62,368 nt of DNA from a virus. Its lineage: Duplodnaviria; Caudoviricetes. Of the stretch, positions 1-9,543 are shown piece by piece. The translations under genes were made by a program, and so were the position numbers. The notes beneath the pieces are model-generated. The model ran no database searches. It worked only from the letters and a program-made list of their open reading frames with translations, and was not told where the DNA came from. The first letter of the stretch is position 1, and each line of letters starts with the position of its first letter. The stretch spans positions 1-62,368 of IMG/VR virus record IMGVR_UViG_3300032157_000009; one strand, given 5' to 3'.

Positions 1-76
1 GTGGTCGGGGTCGGGGTCGGGGTCGGGGTCGTGGTCGGGGTCGTGGTCGGGGTCGGGGTCGCGGTCGGGGTCGTGA
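1..76 (+). repeat. Tandem hexamer repeat (TCG-[C/G/T]GG)n, left end; 3' part of an ORF that wraps across the contig junction
   Basis: Same unit as 62169-62368. The Ser-X frame ends at TGA 74-76; the Gly-Arg frame ends at TGA 84-86. Confidence 0.9.
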
Positions 77-82
77 GGATTT

Positions 83-979
83 ATGAAACGCAACGTTGCC
101 ATTTCCGATTCTCCTTACGGACGCCTTCCATCAGCCTTGGCGGTACAAGTGGGTGACATTGTTCAGTGCGACCTGGGGATGCGGATCGTCATTGAGGTCA
201 CCGCCAAGGCCGCCACTGCCATTCGGTTGGTCGGCTCAGATCAGCCACGGGACATCGGCTTGGAAGTCTCCAAGAGCCGCATCATCGAACGACGCGGCGA
301 AGACGGTTTGAAAGATTTTCTCCTGCGCAAACGCGCCTTGCAGGAGGAAGAAAAGCGGTTGGCGCTAAACAACCCAACAGAAAACGAAGTTATGGCAAAA
401 GGAATGGTCAAACTAGAGCCGGGTGACAAGCTGTGCTACGCCGGCAAGTCTCACACCGTAGTAGCCACCACCGAACGCCGAGCGTTGCTGGAAGACGCCG
501 ACGGCAAACAAGTCTGGGACAAGCGGGTGGTGAACGAGTTCATGTTCACCGACTGCAACACCAGCGCCGTTTATCGGCTCAACGAGCAGGAACGCGCCAA
601 GCATCTGGAAAACTTTCTCGCCTCGCGCAAGCCGTCGTCGGGCAAGGAATCAACTCAACCCAACGGCACTGAGGAAACCAAAGAAATGAAAGCACGCGTC
701 AAGGCAGGAAAGGTATCAAAGAAACAAACCAAGAAGGCGTCCGAGTCCAACGGCAAGGCGTCGTCTGGTCGGAAGGGAGAGTGGTGGGGATTTTCGGTCA
801 ATAGCGTTCTGGTGGCAGCTGGCCACAAAGGAGTGACGGCGGAACAAGCGGTGCGGGTTGCCAAGAGCGTCTCGATCATTCTAGACGAGAAGAAGGCCAA
901 GCGGGTGCTTTACTATGGGAGCAAGCACGGTGGCGGAGCGTCCTTAACCGCAGAGCAGCTGAAGGAGTTCAAGGTTTGA
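83..979 (+). CDS. Hypothetical protein with Lys-rich C-terminal part
   Basis: 298-aa ORF whose stop overlaps the next start; no family recognised. Confidence 0.7.
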   Translation: MKRNVAISDSPYGRLPSALAVQVGDIVQCDLGMRIVIEVTAKAATAIRLVGSDQPRDIGLEVSKSRIIERRGEDGLKDFLLRKRALQEEEKRLALNNPTENEVMAKGMVKLEPGDKLCYAGKSHTVVATTERRALLEDADGKQVWDKRVVNEFMFTDCNTSAVYRLNEQERAKHLENFLASRKPSSGKESTQPNGTEETKEMKARVKAGKVSKKQTKKASESNGKASSGRKGEWWGFSVNSVLVAAGHKGVTAEQAVRVAKSVSIILDEKKAKRVLYYGSKHGGGASLTAEQLKEFKV

Positions 980-1455
980 GCCTTTGTCCTCAGTTGTATT
1001 TGGCTTCTGGTTGGTTTAACCCCAGCCAGAAAGCTCAAATGGAGGAAGCCTACGAGGTATTGAGTGGCTTCAGAGACCAAGGAGCAATCAGGTTGTTTGC
1101 TCCGTTTTATGATGGCATTGTATTGAGTGGTAGCACCCCTTCAGAGCGAAGACGACGGATGCAGGAGGTGTGGGAGCTAGACATCGGAAAGTTGTCCAAA
1201 TCAGCCCTGGTGATTGTGTTGACTCAAGACCACGACGTTGGAACAATTTTTGAGTCGGGCTATGCTTCGGCGTTGAAGATTCCGTTGTTGTGTTACAATT
1301 CTGTGCCAGAGCTGGGGCTCAATGTGATGTTGTCCCAGGAGGCAAGGGGTTTTTGTAAAACCCCAGAGGAATTAGCAAAGGCTGTCGCTGGTTTTTTGGA
1401 AGCAAAGAACCGTTTGGAATGGCGATATAATCTTTGGAAAGGAGAACCATTTTGA
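976..1455 (+). CDS. Nucleoside 2-deoxyribosyltransferase-like / nucleotide N-glycosidase (NDT/MilB/Rcl family)
   Basis: N-terminal YLASGWF and DVGTIFESGYA, matching the DxGTxxExGYA catalytic Glu motif. Confidence 0.8.
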   Translation: MSLCPQLYLASGWFNPSQKAQMEEAYEVLSGFRDQGAIRLFAPFYDGIVLSGSTPSERRRRMQEVWELDIGKLSKSALVIVLTQDHDVGTIFESGYASALKIPLLCYNSVPELGLNVMLSQEARGFCKTPEELAKAVAGFLEAKNRLEWRYNLWKGEPF

Positions 1456-2075
1456 AAACTCAGATTGCAGTTATAGACATCGATGGGGTATTGGCAGATT
1501 ATCGGGTTGGGCTGTTGTTTTGGATCCGTCAGTCGTGGCCCAGGCTGTCGCAAAAGGCCAACTATCATCTTGGGCGGTCTGACACCTGGATCAATCACGA
1601 GTCGATGGGTGTTCCGTATCGGCAGTGGCTGGACGTTTTGGAGATGTTCCGCATGGCCGGAGGAAAACAGGCCATTCCGGTTGTTGAAGGAGCGGTTGAG
1701 CTGCTGAGGTCTTTAAAGACCGGAGGCGTCGAAGTGGTGCTGCTCACGTCTCGACCGATTGATTTGTATTCCAACATTTATCGGGACACCATGGAATGGC
1801 TTAGGAACAATGAGCTTTGTTACGATCTGGTGCTTTGGTCCAAGAGCAAGGCAGAGATGGTTCACAAGATGCGTCTGACTGACAAGGTAATTTTTGCGAT
1901 CGATGACGAAATTAAACACGTTGTCGAGTACGACCTATTGGGAATCAAAACATACTGGATAGACCTGTACAACAAGCAGGCTGAGCTAGAGACGTTCAAC
2001 ACACTTACGCGTGCAAAACGGGTGTTGTCTCTAAAGGAAATTGAAGTTTATAGCCCAAATGAAAAACAACCCTAA
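1452..2075 (+). CDS. HAD-superfamily phosphatase, 5'-nucleotidase-like
   Basis: Motif I DIDGVLAD, motif II LLTSR, motif IV IDDE; TTG start overlaps the upstream stop. Confidence 0.8.
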   Translation: MKTQIAVIDIDGVLADYRVGLLFWIRQSWPRLSQKANYHLGRSDTWINHESMGVPYRQWLDVLEMFRMAGGKQAIPVVEGAVELLRSLKTGGVEVVLLTSRPIDLYSNIYRDTMEWLRNNELCYDLVLWSKSKAEMVHKMRLTDKVIFAIDDEIKHVVEYDLLGIKTYWIDLYNKQAELETFNTLTRAKRVLSLKEIEVYSPNEKQP

Positions 2076-2886
2076 AGTTACTTTGCTGAGCATCACGTCT
2101 AATCTTCAACAGACGATCGGGCAGGTGTGGGAGGTCGCCAAGGGACAGCTTCCGTTGGAACAGATCGACACGGGTGCGGTTGACCTGGAGAAAGTGCTGT
2201 CGGCAGACTTGCCGGTGAGTGAGTTTGTCAACACGGTGTGGTGCGTGGAAGGGATGCCCAGAGCGTTTTGGGACCAGTTCGATCGCTCACGGCATGCTGC
2301 CTTTTGGGAACAGTCGGTTAGGATCTTGGACTTGTCTGCTTTTGCTGACAACGGAGGTTATTGGTTGCCGGCGTCTGTGGTCAAGGACACACAGGCACAA
2401 GAATGTTATCAGGAGGCCATGTTTCAGATTCAGGCAGCTTACAACAAACTCATTGGCCTCAAGATCCCGTCGGAGGACGCACGTGGGCTGCTTCCGTTGC
2501 ACATCAACGTCAGAGGGACCTGTTGCATTAATTTGCGAGCCTTACGCCAGATGATCTCGAACCGGATTTGCTTCATAGCTCAAGGGAGCTATTGGTTGCC
2601 GGTGGTGCATGGTATGATGCTGGAGCTGGCCAAGGTGTTGCCAAATCGGGTCATGAAGTCGTTGGCCCATTTGCCCTGTTACGGCAAAGGCTGTTGTCCA
2701 ATTGAGAGCAATGTGGTCACACGACTCACGAACGAAGACCCGAATCCGGTCTGTCCAATTTATATGAAACGTTTTGCCAAAGACAAGGAGCAGGCTGAGG
2801 CGTTCACTTATCAGCGCCACCCGGACTACGGAGAAATCAAGCAGCGTTATTACGAACTAATTCGGTCATTAGGAATGGAAGAATGA
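2059..2886 (+). CDS. thyX: Flavin-dependent thymidylate synthase-like protein (divergent)
   Basis: RSR-x7-S-VR (canonical RHR-x7-S), EDARGLLP and NLRALRQMISNR. Confidence 0.75.
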   Translation: MKNNPKVTLLSITSNLQQTIGQVWEVAKGQLPLEQIDTGAVDLEKVLSADLPVSEFVNTVWCVEGMPRAFWDQFDRSRHAAFWEQSVRILDLSAFADNGGYWLPASVVKDTQAQECYQEAMFQIQAAYNKLIGLKIPSEDARGLLPLHINVRGTCCINLRALRQMISNRICFIAQGSYWLPVVHGMMLELAKVLPNRVMKSLAHLPCYGKGCCPIESNVVTRLTNEDPNPVCPIYMKRFAKDKEQAEAFTYQRHPDYGEIKQRYYELIRSLGMEE

Positions 2887-3251
2887 AGACTAAGAATGTT
2901 GGCACGAAAGGTATTATATACGAGGAACGTTCAACGCTGAACGACGAGCGGTCTTTGGAGCCGTTGTTTCCTCCGAATTTGCTTCGGGCGGCAGCCGCTT
3001 TGTTTGAGCAAAGGAACGCTCAGTATGGTGACACTTATCGTCGTTATGGAAGTCTTTTAGTCTCTTTGTTTCCAGCAGGAGGCGTGCCCCCAATCACAAC
3101 TCCCGAAGAGGCCATTCGTCTTAATTTGATTATGATGTGTCTGGCTAAGCTTCAGCGTTACGCTCATAATTTTGAGGACGGAGGACATCTGGACTCGGTT
3201 CGTGACCTGCAGGTTTATGGAGCAATGTTGGAGGAAAACACCAAGCATTAG
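2883..3251 (+). CDS. Small alpha-helical nucleotide-modification-associated protein (DUF6378/Nmad1-like)
   Basis: RNAQYGD...KLQRY...DSVRDLQVYGAML pattern, and position in a nucleotide-metabolism operon. Confidence 0.55.
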   Translation: MKTKNVGTKGIIYEERSTLNDERSLEPLFPPNLLRAAAALFEQRNAQYGDTYRRYGSLLVSLFPAGGVPPITTPEEAIRLNLIMMCLAKLQRYAHNFEDGGHLDSVRDLQVYGAMLEENTKH

Positions 3252-3253
3252 TC

Positions 3254-6200
3254 ATGGACGACTTTGTTCATATTCACGTCCACTCGACATACAGCTTTCT
3301 AGACGGCTACGGAAGTCCAAAGCAGTTTATTGATCGGGCAGTTGAGCTTGGCCAGACCGCAATCGCGGTGACAGACCATGGCAACGTCAGCGCCCATCGA
3401 AAGTGGAGCAATGCCTGTATTGCGGCGGGGATCAAGCCGTTGCTTGGAGTCGAGGCTTATGTCTGCGAGGACGCGACCAAGAAAGACGCTGCGCACAAGA
3501 AGCTTTGGCACATCACGCTGCTGGCCAAGAGCCCCGAAGGCTACCGCAATTTGTTAAAGCTGGTTACGGTTTCTTGGTGTGACGGCTTCTATTACAAGCC
3601 GCGAATTGATTGGGAGATGCTCCGTCAGTATTCCAAAGGACTTGTTGTCACTTCAGGATGCCCGGCTGGCAGAGTTGGTGACGGAATAGCTAGAGAGGGT
3701 TGGTCGGCAACTGATGTCACCAAGGAGCTTAAGCGTCAGGCAGCGCTGTTTGATGACTATTACGTTGAAATGTCTCCGTGGCAATACGAGGAGGGTAAAG
3801 ACATCGCCAGAGCAGTTTATGGAGCAGCCGTAAAAGAGGGGATGCGAACGGTTCTGTCCATGGACGCTCACTATCCAAGGGCTGAAGACGCGTTCATTCA
3901 GGACGTGATGTTGTGCATTAACAACAATTGTCGTCACAGCGATCAGGACCGGATGAAGTTTTCGCAGGACGACTATTGTCTTCACTCTGGAAACGACATG
4001 GCTGCCAAGTGGCATGCGATTCATGGCAAGAGCCTTCCGTTGTTAGACGATATGTTGTTGAACACCCGAAGAATCGCTGACAGCGTCAATTTGGAGTTTC
4101 CAAATGCGACCCCGTTGTCATATGGCGCAGCGGACAAGAACAAGCTGTTGCGCGAGTGGTGTGAGGCTGGGCTCAAGGCCAAAGGTTTTGAACACAAGAA
4201 AGACTATCGAGAGCGGCTAGACTATGAATTTGGGCTGGTGATTGCCAAAGACTTTGCTGATTACTTTCTGGTGGTAGCTGATTTGGTTTGTTGGGCGAAG
4301 GACAACGGAGTTCTGGTTGGGCCGGCACGTGGCAGCTCTTGTGGTTCGTTGATGTGTTACTTGCTCCGAATTACGTCAATTGATCCTATGGTTCACGGCT
4401 TGATGTTTGAACGCTTCATTGACATCACCAGAAAAGACCTGCCGGACATCGATCTGGATTTTGAATCAGACCGTCGCAACGACGTCAAACAATACGTCGA
4501 GAACAAGTACGGGGCTGACCGGGTGGCAACGCTGGCAACCTTCTCGACCTACAAGGGCAAGATTTGTCTTCAAGACATCGGCAGGGTTTTCTCCGACAAG
4601 ATCCCGAACAGCGCTGTGGAAGAATGCAAGCGGTTGGTGATTGAAAGGTCTTCTGCAGACTCTCGTCACGGAGCGACGATTGAAGACACCTTCACGAATT
4701 TTGATCAAGCCGGGGCACACCTTGCAAAATATCCAGAGCTTGGACTGGCCAAACAGCTGGAGGGACAGATTCGCCAGTTGGGGGTTCATGCAGCAGGCCT
4801 GGTCATCAGCAATGACCCAATTGGCAATTTCGCAGCGGTGTACGTGACCAAGAATAAAGACCGGGTAATTTCCATGGACTACCCGGACGCGAGCTCGGTT
4901 GGCCTTTTGAAGATCGACGTGCTTGGACTCACGGCGTTATCGGCTATGAAGCGCACGCTCGTGATGATTGAAAAGAATCATGGGAGGAAAATCAATCTGG
5001 ACGAATTGTCTTTGGACGACCAGGAAGTTTACCGGGCATTTTGTGACAAGAAGCTCCAAGGGATATTTCAGTTCATTGGCGAGTCCACCCGGCAGGTGTG
5101 TCGTCAGGTGCAGCCTAAGAACTTTCAAGACCTGGTTGCTATCAACGCTTTGAGTCGTCCAGGGCCACTCCATAGTGGAAATACCACGAGCTTCATTGAG
5201 CGTCGTCACGGCAGAGAGCCAAAAGTTTCGTTGCACCCGTTGATTGATCATGTCATAGACCGAACCAATGGCATGATTGTGTTCCAGGAACAGGTGATGC
5301 AAATAGTTCGCATCATGGGAAAGTTTGACTGGTCTGGCATTGCGACTGTGCGCAAGATGATGAGCAAGAAATACGGCGACGAGGCATTCAGCAAGATGAA
5401 GGCACGCTTCGTTGAGGGGGCAACGTCTCAGGGTGTGACAGAGGAGAAGGCCAGCGAGGTATGGGCGAACATCTGCACCCATGGCGCATGGAGCTTCAAC
5501 GAGTCGCACTCTGTTGCTTATTCTGTGCTTGCCTATCAGCTGATGTGGCTCAAGGTTCATTACCCCTCTGAGTTTTATGCAGGGGTAATCAGCTGTGAGG
5601 TTGACACCGAGAAGCAACGCCGGTTGTTCAAGGAGTACACGTCGGACGGCCGTAAGCTTTTGCCTGTTTGTGTAAATTCAAGTCAGGAGGCTGTGGCGTG
5701 CGATGCAACCGGGCTTAGGTTAGGACTGGACGCAGTGACAGGCCTTGCTGCTAAGTCCCGGAGCGAGATCCTGAACAAGCGTCCCTTCAAAAGCTACCCC
5801 GACTTCACCAAGCGTTGCAAAATTCCTAAGGGCCAGGCCGACAAGCTGCTCAAGATTGGTGCGTTCCGAAACCTTGACTTTGATTCACTCACCGAGCAAC
5901 AGGATCTATTCGGCGCACACCTGGCCAAGACTGACACCTTTGATTACCGCACCCCCAGCGAGAAAGACTTGCGCGAGTTCTGTCCGTTGCAAGCGGAAGG
6001 GAAGACCTATATAAAATGGCGTGAATGGGTGGCCAAGAAAGCCAAGGGCAAGCTGTGGTTGATCAAAGACCTAGACGACATTACCGACCGTACTGAGATT
6101 TTGTTGATTGGTTGCACCAATCCCAGCACCAGCTTCAACGCCAAGAACAAGCAGGAGGAAAGTGCCAGCCGAGGCAACGCCTGGGAGCCGAAGGAAGACG

Positions 6201-6514
6201 AGAAGCATTTGACCAAGGAACAGTACAACTTTCTCAACTTTGACTTCGAGGACGAGACTGACAGCGTGATCGTGCGCATCAGTTACAAGTTGTACCCAAG
6301 CTACAAGGGGTGGATTTGGAACATCAAGGCGGACGACGTCTTGGGGGTGCGCGCCATGATGAACGGAACCATGAGGATGGCGTTTGCCACCCATGTTGTC
6401 AATCTCACCGACATTGGTCGCCGAATCCGCGCCAAGCAGCCGTTGACCAAAATAGAGCAGGAGTTCTTCAAAGGCAAAGACCGCAACCGAACATTCAAAA
6501 GGAGGAGTGTATGA
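3254..6514 (+). CDS. dnaE: DNA polymerase III alpha subunit (family C) with PHP domain
   Basis: HIHVHSTYSFLDG, TDHG, GPARGSS, FERF, PDIDLDF, HAAG, GLLKIDVLGL, FQEQVM, FNESH. Confidence 0.97.
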   Translation: MDDFVHIHVHSTYSFLDGYGSPKQFIDRAVELGQTAIAVTDHGNVSAHRKWSNACIAAGIKPLLGVEAYVCEDATKKDAAHKKLWHITLLAKSPEGYRNLLKLVTVSWCDGFYYKPRIDWEMLRQYSKGLVVTSGCPAGRVGDGIAREGWSATDVTKELKRQAALFDDYYVEMSPWQYEEGKDIARAVYGAAVKEGMRTVLSMDAHYPRAEDAFIQDVMLCINNNCRHSDQDRMKFSQDDYCLHSGNDMAAKWHAIHGKSLPLLDDMLLNTRRIADSVNLEFPNATPLSYGAADKNKLLREWCEAGLKAKGFEHKKDYRERLDYEFGLVIAKDFADYFLVVADLVCWAKDNGVLVGPARGSSCGSLMCYLLRITSIDPMVHGLMFERFIDITRKDLPDIDLDFESDRRNDVKQYVENKYGADRVATLATFSTYKGKICLQDIGRVFSDKIPNSAVEECKRLVIERSSADSRHGATIEDTFTNFDQAGAHLAKYPELGLAKQLEGQIRQLGVHAAGLVISNDPIGNFAAVYVTKNKDRVISMDYPDASSVGLLKIDVLGLTALSAMKRTLVMIEKNHGRKINLDELSLDDQEVYRAFCDKKLQGIFQFIGESTRQVCRQVQPKNFQDLVAINALSRPGPLHSGNTTSFIERRHGREPKVSLHPLIDHVIDRTNGMIVFQEQVMQIVRIMGKFDWSGIATVRKMMSKKYGDEAFSKMKARFVEGATSQGVTEEKASEVWANICTHGAWSFNESHSVAYSVLAYQLMWLKVHYPSEFYAGVISCEVDTEKQRRLFKEYTSDGRKLLPVCVNSSQEAVACDATGLRLGLDAVTGLAAKSRSEILNKRPFKSYPDFTKRCKIPKGQADKLLKIGAFRNLDFDSLTEQQDLFGAHLAKTDTFDYRTPSEKDLREFCPLQAEGKTYIKWREWVAKKAKGKLWLIKDLDDITDRTEILLIGCTNPSTSFNAKNKQEESASRGNAWEPKEDEKHLTKEQYNFLNFDFEDETDSVIVRISYKLYPSYKGWIWNIKADDVLGVRAMMNGTMRMAFATHVVNLTDIGRRIRAKQPLTKIEQEFFKGKDRNRTFKRRSV

Positions 6515-6861
6515 GCAAATTGAGTTTTGACAAATTGAGGCAGGCCAACATCAGGCGTTGTGTCCAAGTTTTCCATCCAATTGATCGGTGGTCGCCAACA
6601 GACTGGGGCTGTGCCCTGGCAGGGGAAACGGGCGAGGCTTGCAATCTTATCAAGAAGTTGCGCCGTTTGGACACAGCCGACGCGGCAGACGACACCGTTT
6701 CCAGACGCGACCAAATTGTTGCTTCCATTGGGAAGGAGTTGGCAGACGTTGTAATTTACGCAGACCTTTTGGCCGTGCGGCTTGGGCTGGACTTGGCTGG
6801 TTGCATTCGTCAAAAGTTCAACGAAGTTTCAGAACGACGCGGCAGCAACATCAAGTTATGA
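6511..6861 (+). CDS. MazG-like NTP pyrophosphohydrolase
   Basis: LAGETGEACNLIKK...KELADVVIY...KFNEVS; AGGAGG lies upstream of ATG 6511. Confidence 0.85.
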   Translation: MSKLSFDKLRQANIRRCVQVFHPIDRWSPTDWGCALAGETGEACNLIKKLRRLDTADAADDTVSRRDQIVASIGKELADVVIYADLLAVRLGLDLAGCIRQKFNEVSERRGSNIKL

Positions 6862-7202
6862 ACACCGAAGTTTACCCACACGCTCCCGGCTTCAAAACCG
6901 AGCAACCAGAGACGAGCAAAGCGGCAGCCAAAGCGGTCAAGGGACGTGCCGAATTGTTGCGTGTGTTGGTGTTGGAAAAGTATCGGTTGGGCTCGGCCAC
7001 TGCCGACGAGATTGCCGCCAAGCTGGGCGAGAGCGTGCTGACGATTCGTCCGCGTGTGGCCGAGTTGCACAAGCAAGGCAAGCTGGCCGACACCGGGGTG
7101 AGACGTCCGAACACCAGCGGTCACAGCGCCACGGTCTGGCGGTTGGAAGACGAGCGGGTGAAAAAAGCCTTTCCTAACGGTCAGCAATCAACGATGTTTT
7201 AG
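6858..7202 (+). CDS. Winged helix-turn-helix protein
   Basis: TADEIAAKLGESVLTIRPRVAELHKQGKLADTGVRR...VW; ATGA overlap. Confidence 0.7.
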   Translation: MNTEVYPHAPGFKTEQPETSKAAAKAVKGRAELLRVLVLEKYRLGSATADEIAAKLGESVLTIRPRVAELHKQGKLADTGVRRPNTSGHSATVWRLEDERVKKAFPNGQQSTMF

Positions 7203-7204
7203 CC

Positions 7205-7648
7205 ATGGCAAGTTTGCCCAACAACCCAAGCGAGACGTTGCGGAAGTTGAACCCGCATTTGTACGGCAGTGATGCGGCCAAGTCAGTTGAGGCAGCGGTG
7301 CTCGTTGACAGGCTTTTGAAGGTGGCCAAGAAACGCTTGCGCCAAGACACCAAGCCACTTATGAACAAGTTGGAGCAGGACTTGTTCAATTATTTGCAGC
7401 GGTTGTATCCGAAGGTCAAGCTGCACGCCCAGGCCAAAAAATTCAGATTGGCAAATGGACTCTGGTACAAGCCGGATCTGACGGCAGTGTTGGACGGGCA
7501 GGAAACTGCTTGGGAGGCCAAAGGCCCACACGCGTTTCGGGGCGGATTTGAGAACCTCAAGTTTGCCGCCACGGCTTGGCCGGAGGTCAATTGGATTTTG
7601 ATATGGAAGAACGACGACGGTTGGCGGAGTCAGAAAATATTACCATGA
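7205..7648 (+). CDS. PD-(D/E)xK nuclease, DUF1064-like (possible resolvase)
   Basis: E...YKPDL...WEAKG catalytic pattern. Confidence 0.6.
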   Translation: MASLPNNPSETLRKLNPHLYGSDAAKSVEAAVLVDRLLKVAKKRLRQDTKPLMNKLEQDLFNYLQRLYPKVKLHAQAKKFRLANGLWYKPDLTAVLDGQETAWEAKGPHAFRGGFENLKFAATAWPEVNWILIWKNDDGWRSQKILP

Positions 7649-7812
7649 AAAGCGAATCGGAAAAGAAGTTGATCAGCCGGGCCATGAGCCTCATCGGTTC
7701 AATCGTCACGAAGCGCAAGCAGGAACATGCCGCCTCCATTGCCCACCTGGGCGGCAAGGCGCGCTGGAAGGACCACATCAAAAAGCCCCGAAAGCTCAAG
7801 AAACTGGCGTGA
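7645..7812 (+). CDS. Small basic protein with GGKARW motif
   Basis: ATGA overlap with the previous gene; 55 aa, highly basic. Confidence 0.55.
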   Translation: MKSESEKKLISRAMSLIGSIVTKRKQEHAASIAHLGGKARWKDHIKKPRKLKKLA

Positions 7813-7823
7813 AAATAGCGGGC

Positions 7824-7924
7824 TGAAAATAGTTGAAGAAAAAGCTTTTCTTTTGCCCAACCGTCAGGCATAGTCAAGTTACGGTTGAGGGCGAAGAGTC
7901 CGAGGCCGAAGAAAGAACGCTAAA
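7824..7924 (+). promoter_or_regulatory. Conserved promoter/operator copy 1 with 5' hairpin leader
   Basis: TGAAAATAGTTGAAGA...TTTTGCCCAACCGTCAGGCATAGT, then a hairpin and AAGAACGCTAAAATG; four related intergenic copies exist. Confidence 0.8.
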
Positions 7925-8536
7925 ATGAAAACTTCGAAAATCAAAGAGACCCCTGAGCAAATTGCAGCCCGTGAAGCCCGTTCCGCCGAACTCGCCAAAA
8001 TGCGCGCTGAAGAAGCGGCAGCGGCCAAACAGGCCAAGAAGGTTGCCAATGAAGCCTTGATCACCCGGTTGAGCGAGGCTGCGGTTTGCTTGTCCAATGC
8101 GGTTGCGGTTGAGGAAACGGATTTGGCCAATGCTGACCGTCGTTGCCGCCGTTGGGTTGGTGAATCCTGGTTGGCCACTCACGAAGAGTTGGTTGGCCGC
8201 GCAGACCGGTTGTTGGTGTCGCCTGCTGATTATTTTGAATGGGCTGAAGCTGACATGAAGGCTGCGGCCAAGCGTGAGATTCTGGACTGCATCATCCACC
8301 GGGTTTTGGAAGGCAAGCCGGTTGGCGACGCCATGGTTGAAATGGTTGCCGACATCAAGGAACGTGTCATGAACAATTACGACCGTCCGTCCTCCACCAG
8401 CCCGGCGCACAACGCCATGATGATCGCCAAGCAGGAAGTTCGTTGCCAGATCGTTCGCGACATGGCTTTCCGTACCGAAGCCTGGACCGAGGCCAAGAAC
8501 GCCCAAGCGAATCAATTCTGCGCGCAGATGGCGTAA
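7925..8536 (+). CDS. Hypothetical early protein
   Basis: 203-aa ORF directly after promoter copy 1. Confidence 0.75.
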   Translation: MKTSKIKETPEQIAAREARSAELAKMRAEEAAAAKQAKKVANEALITRLSEAAVCLSNAVAVEETDLANADRRCRRWVGESWLATHEELVGRADRLLVSPADYFEWAEADMKAAAKREILDCIIHRVLEGKPVGDAMVEMVADIKERVMNNYDRPSSTSPAHNAMMIAKQEVRCQIVRDMAFRTEAWTEAKNAQANQFCAQMA

Positions 8537-8570
8537 GCGAAACTGACATCAACTTCAACTCATCAAACCT

Positions 8571-9290
8571 ATGATGTCAATTCGCTTTCCCTCGGTTCTG
8601 AATCCCACCAAGGTGGGTTACGAGTGGACCAACGACAGCATGACGTTCTGGAACCAAGCCCGCAACAGCAACAATGTCTTGCACATGTCAGCCGGTTTCT
8701 ACGAGACCTACGGTGACGGCAACTGTCAGCACACCCCGTTGGTGGCTTGCAACTCCAATCAGATGACGGACTTTTGCCTGTCGCTGACGCGCCATTTGTT
8801 GGCCCACCCTGAAGTTGAGTTCAGATCATATCCGATCCAGTTTGAGCCCACCACCAAGGAAACGGTTTTGTTTCTTGCATCAATCGAATACAACGCGGAC
8901 AAGCGCCAGTGGTTCAACACAGCCACAAACAAGCTGAGCGCCAGCGAAAGCAAGGCCCACGACAAGCGATGGTTTCAAGTGCCGGCTTGGGCCGACGGCT
9001 CAGTGGCTTCGGCTGTTGGCCTGTTCAATTTGGCCAAGGGCAATCCTCGTGAGGAAACCCTCAATCTGTTTGCACTGCACGAGTTCTTCTACGCGGCTGC
9101 CCATGGCGTTGTGCCGCAAGGCAAGGAGTGGGAGAGGATCACCGCCTACCAAACCCAAATCCCGGGCGACTTCACAGCGGCATTTCGCGCCTTGCAATAT
9201 TTTGTCAAGGCTCATGACTATTTGGCATCCGCCAAGCGGACGGCTGATTGTTGTGAGCACAACTCCCAAATCAAGGAGCAGGCGGCATGA
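8571..9290 (+). CDS. Hypothetical protein
   Basis: 239-aa ORF with an A/C-rich leader. Confidence 0.7.
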   Translation: MMSIRFPSVLNPTKVGYEWTNDSMTFWNQARNSNNVLHMSAGFYETYGDGNCQHTPLVACNSNQMTDFCLSLTRHLLAHPEVEFRSYPIQFEPTTKETVLFLASIEYNADKRQWFNTATNKLSASESKAHDKRWFQVPAWADGSVASAVGLFNLAKGNPREETLNLFALHEFFYAAAHGVVPQGKEWERITAYQTQIPGDFTAAFRALQYFVKAHDYLASAKRTADCCEHNSQIKEQAA

Positions 9291-9379
9291 AAGTGGCCGC
9301 TGTAATTTCGCTCTGGTTTTATTCACTTGCCTTCGTCACCCTGATTTGGGTGGCGATGGCCATTTGGAGTCGCTTGTGA
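9287..9379 (+). CDS. 30-aa single-TM peptide (MKVAAVISLWFYSLAFVTLIWVAMAIWSRL)
   Basis: Translated by hand; ATGA overlap upstream and GTGA overlap downstream. Confidence 0.5.
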   Translation: MKVAAVISLWFYSLAFVTLIWVAMAIWSRL

Positions 9380-9543
9380 AACATCTGCCCTGCGACATCC
9401 CGAACCAAGCCGGTTTCCGGCTGCGGCTGTGGCTCAAGGACGGAAGGACGATTGACACCACCGTGGACCGCGAGCCGACCACCGGGTGTCACTTTCTGGT
9501 TGGGGTGAACATTCAGGACGTTGGTTGTTGGGAAGCTTTATGA
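9376..9543 (+). CDS. Small hypothetical protein
   Basis: GTG start coupled to the upstream stop; its stop overlaps the next ATG. Confidence 0.5.
   Translation: MKHLPCDIPNQAGFRLRLWLKDGRTIDTTVDREPTTGCHFLVGVNIQDVGCWEAL

Noticed and set aside
7874-8515. 213-aa minus-strand ORF
   Set aside because: Antisense to 7925-8536, which has the promoter and leader motif.
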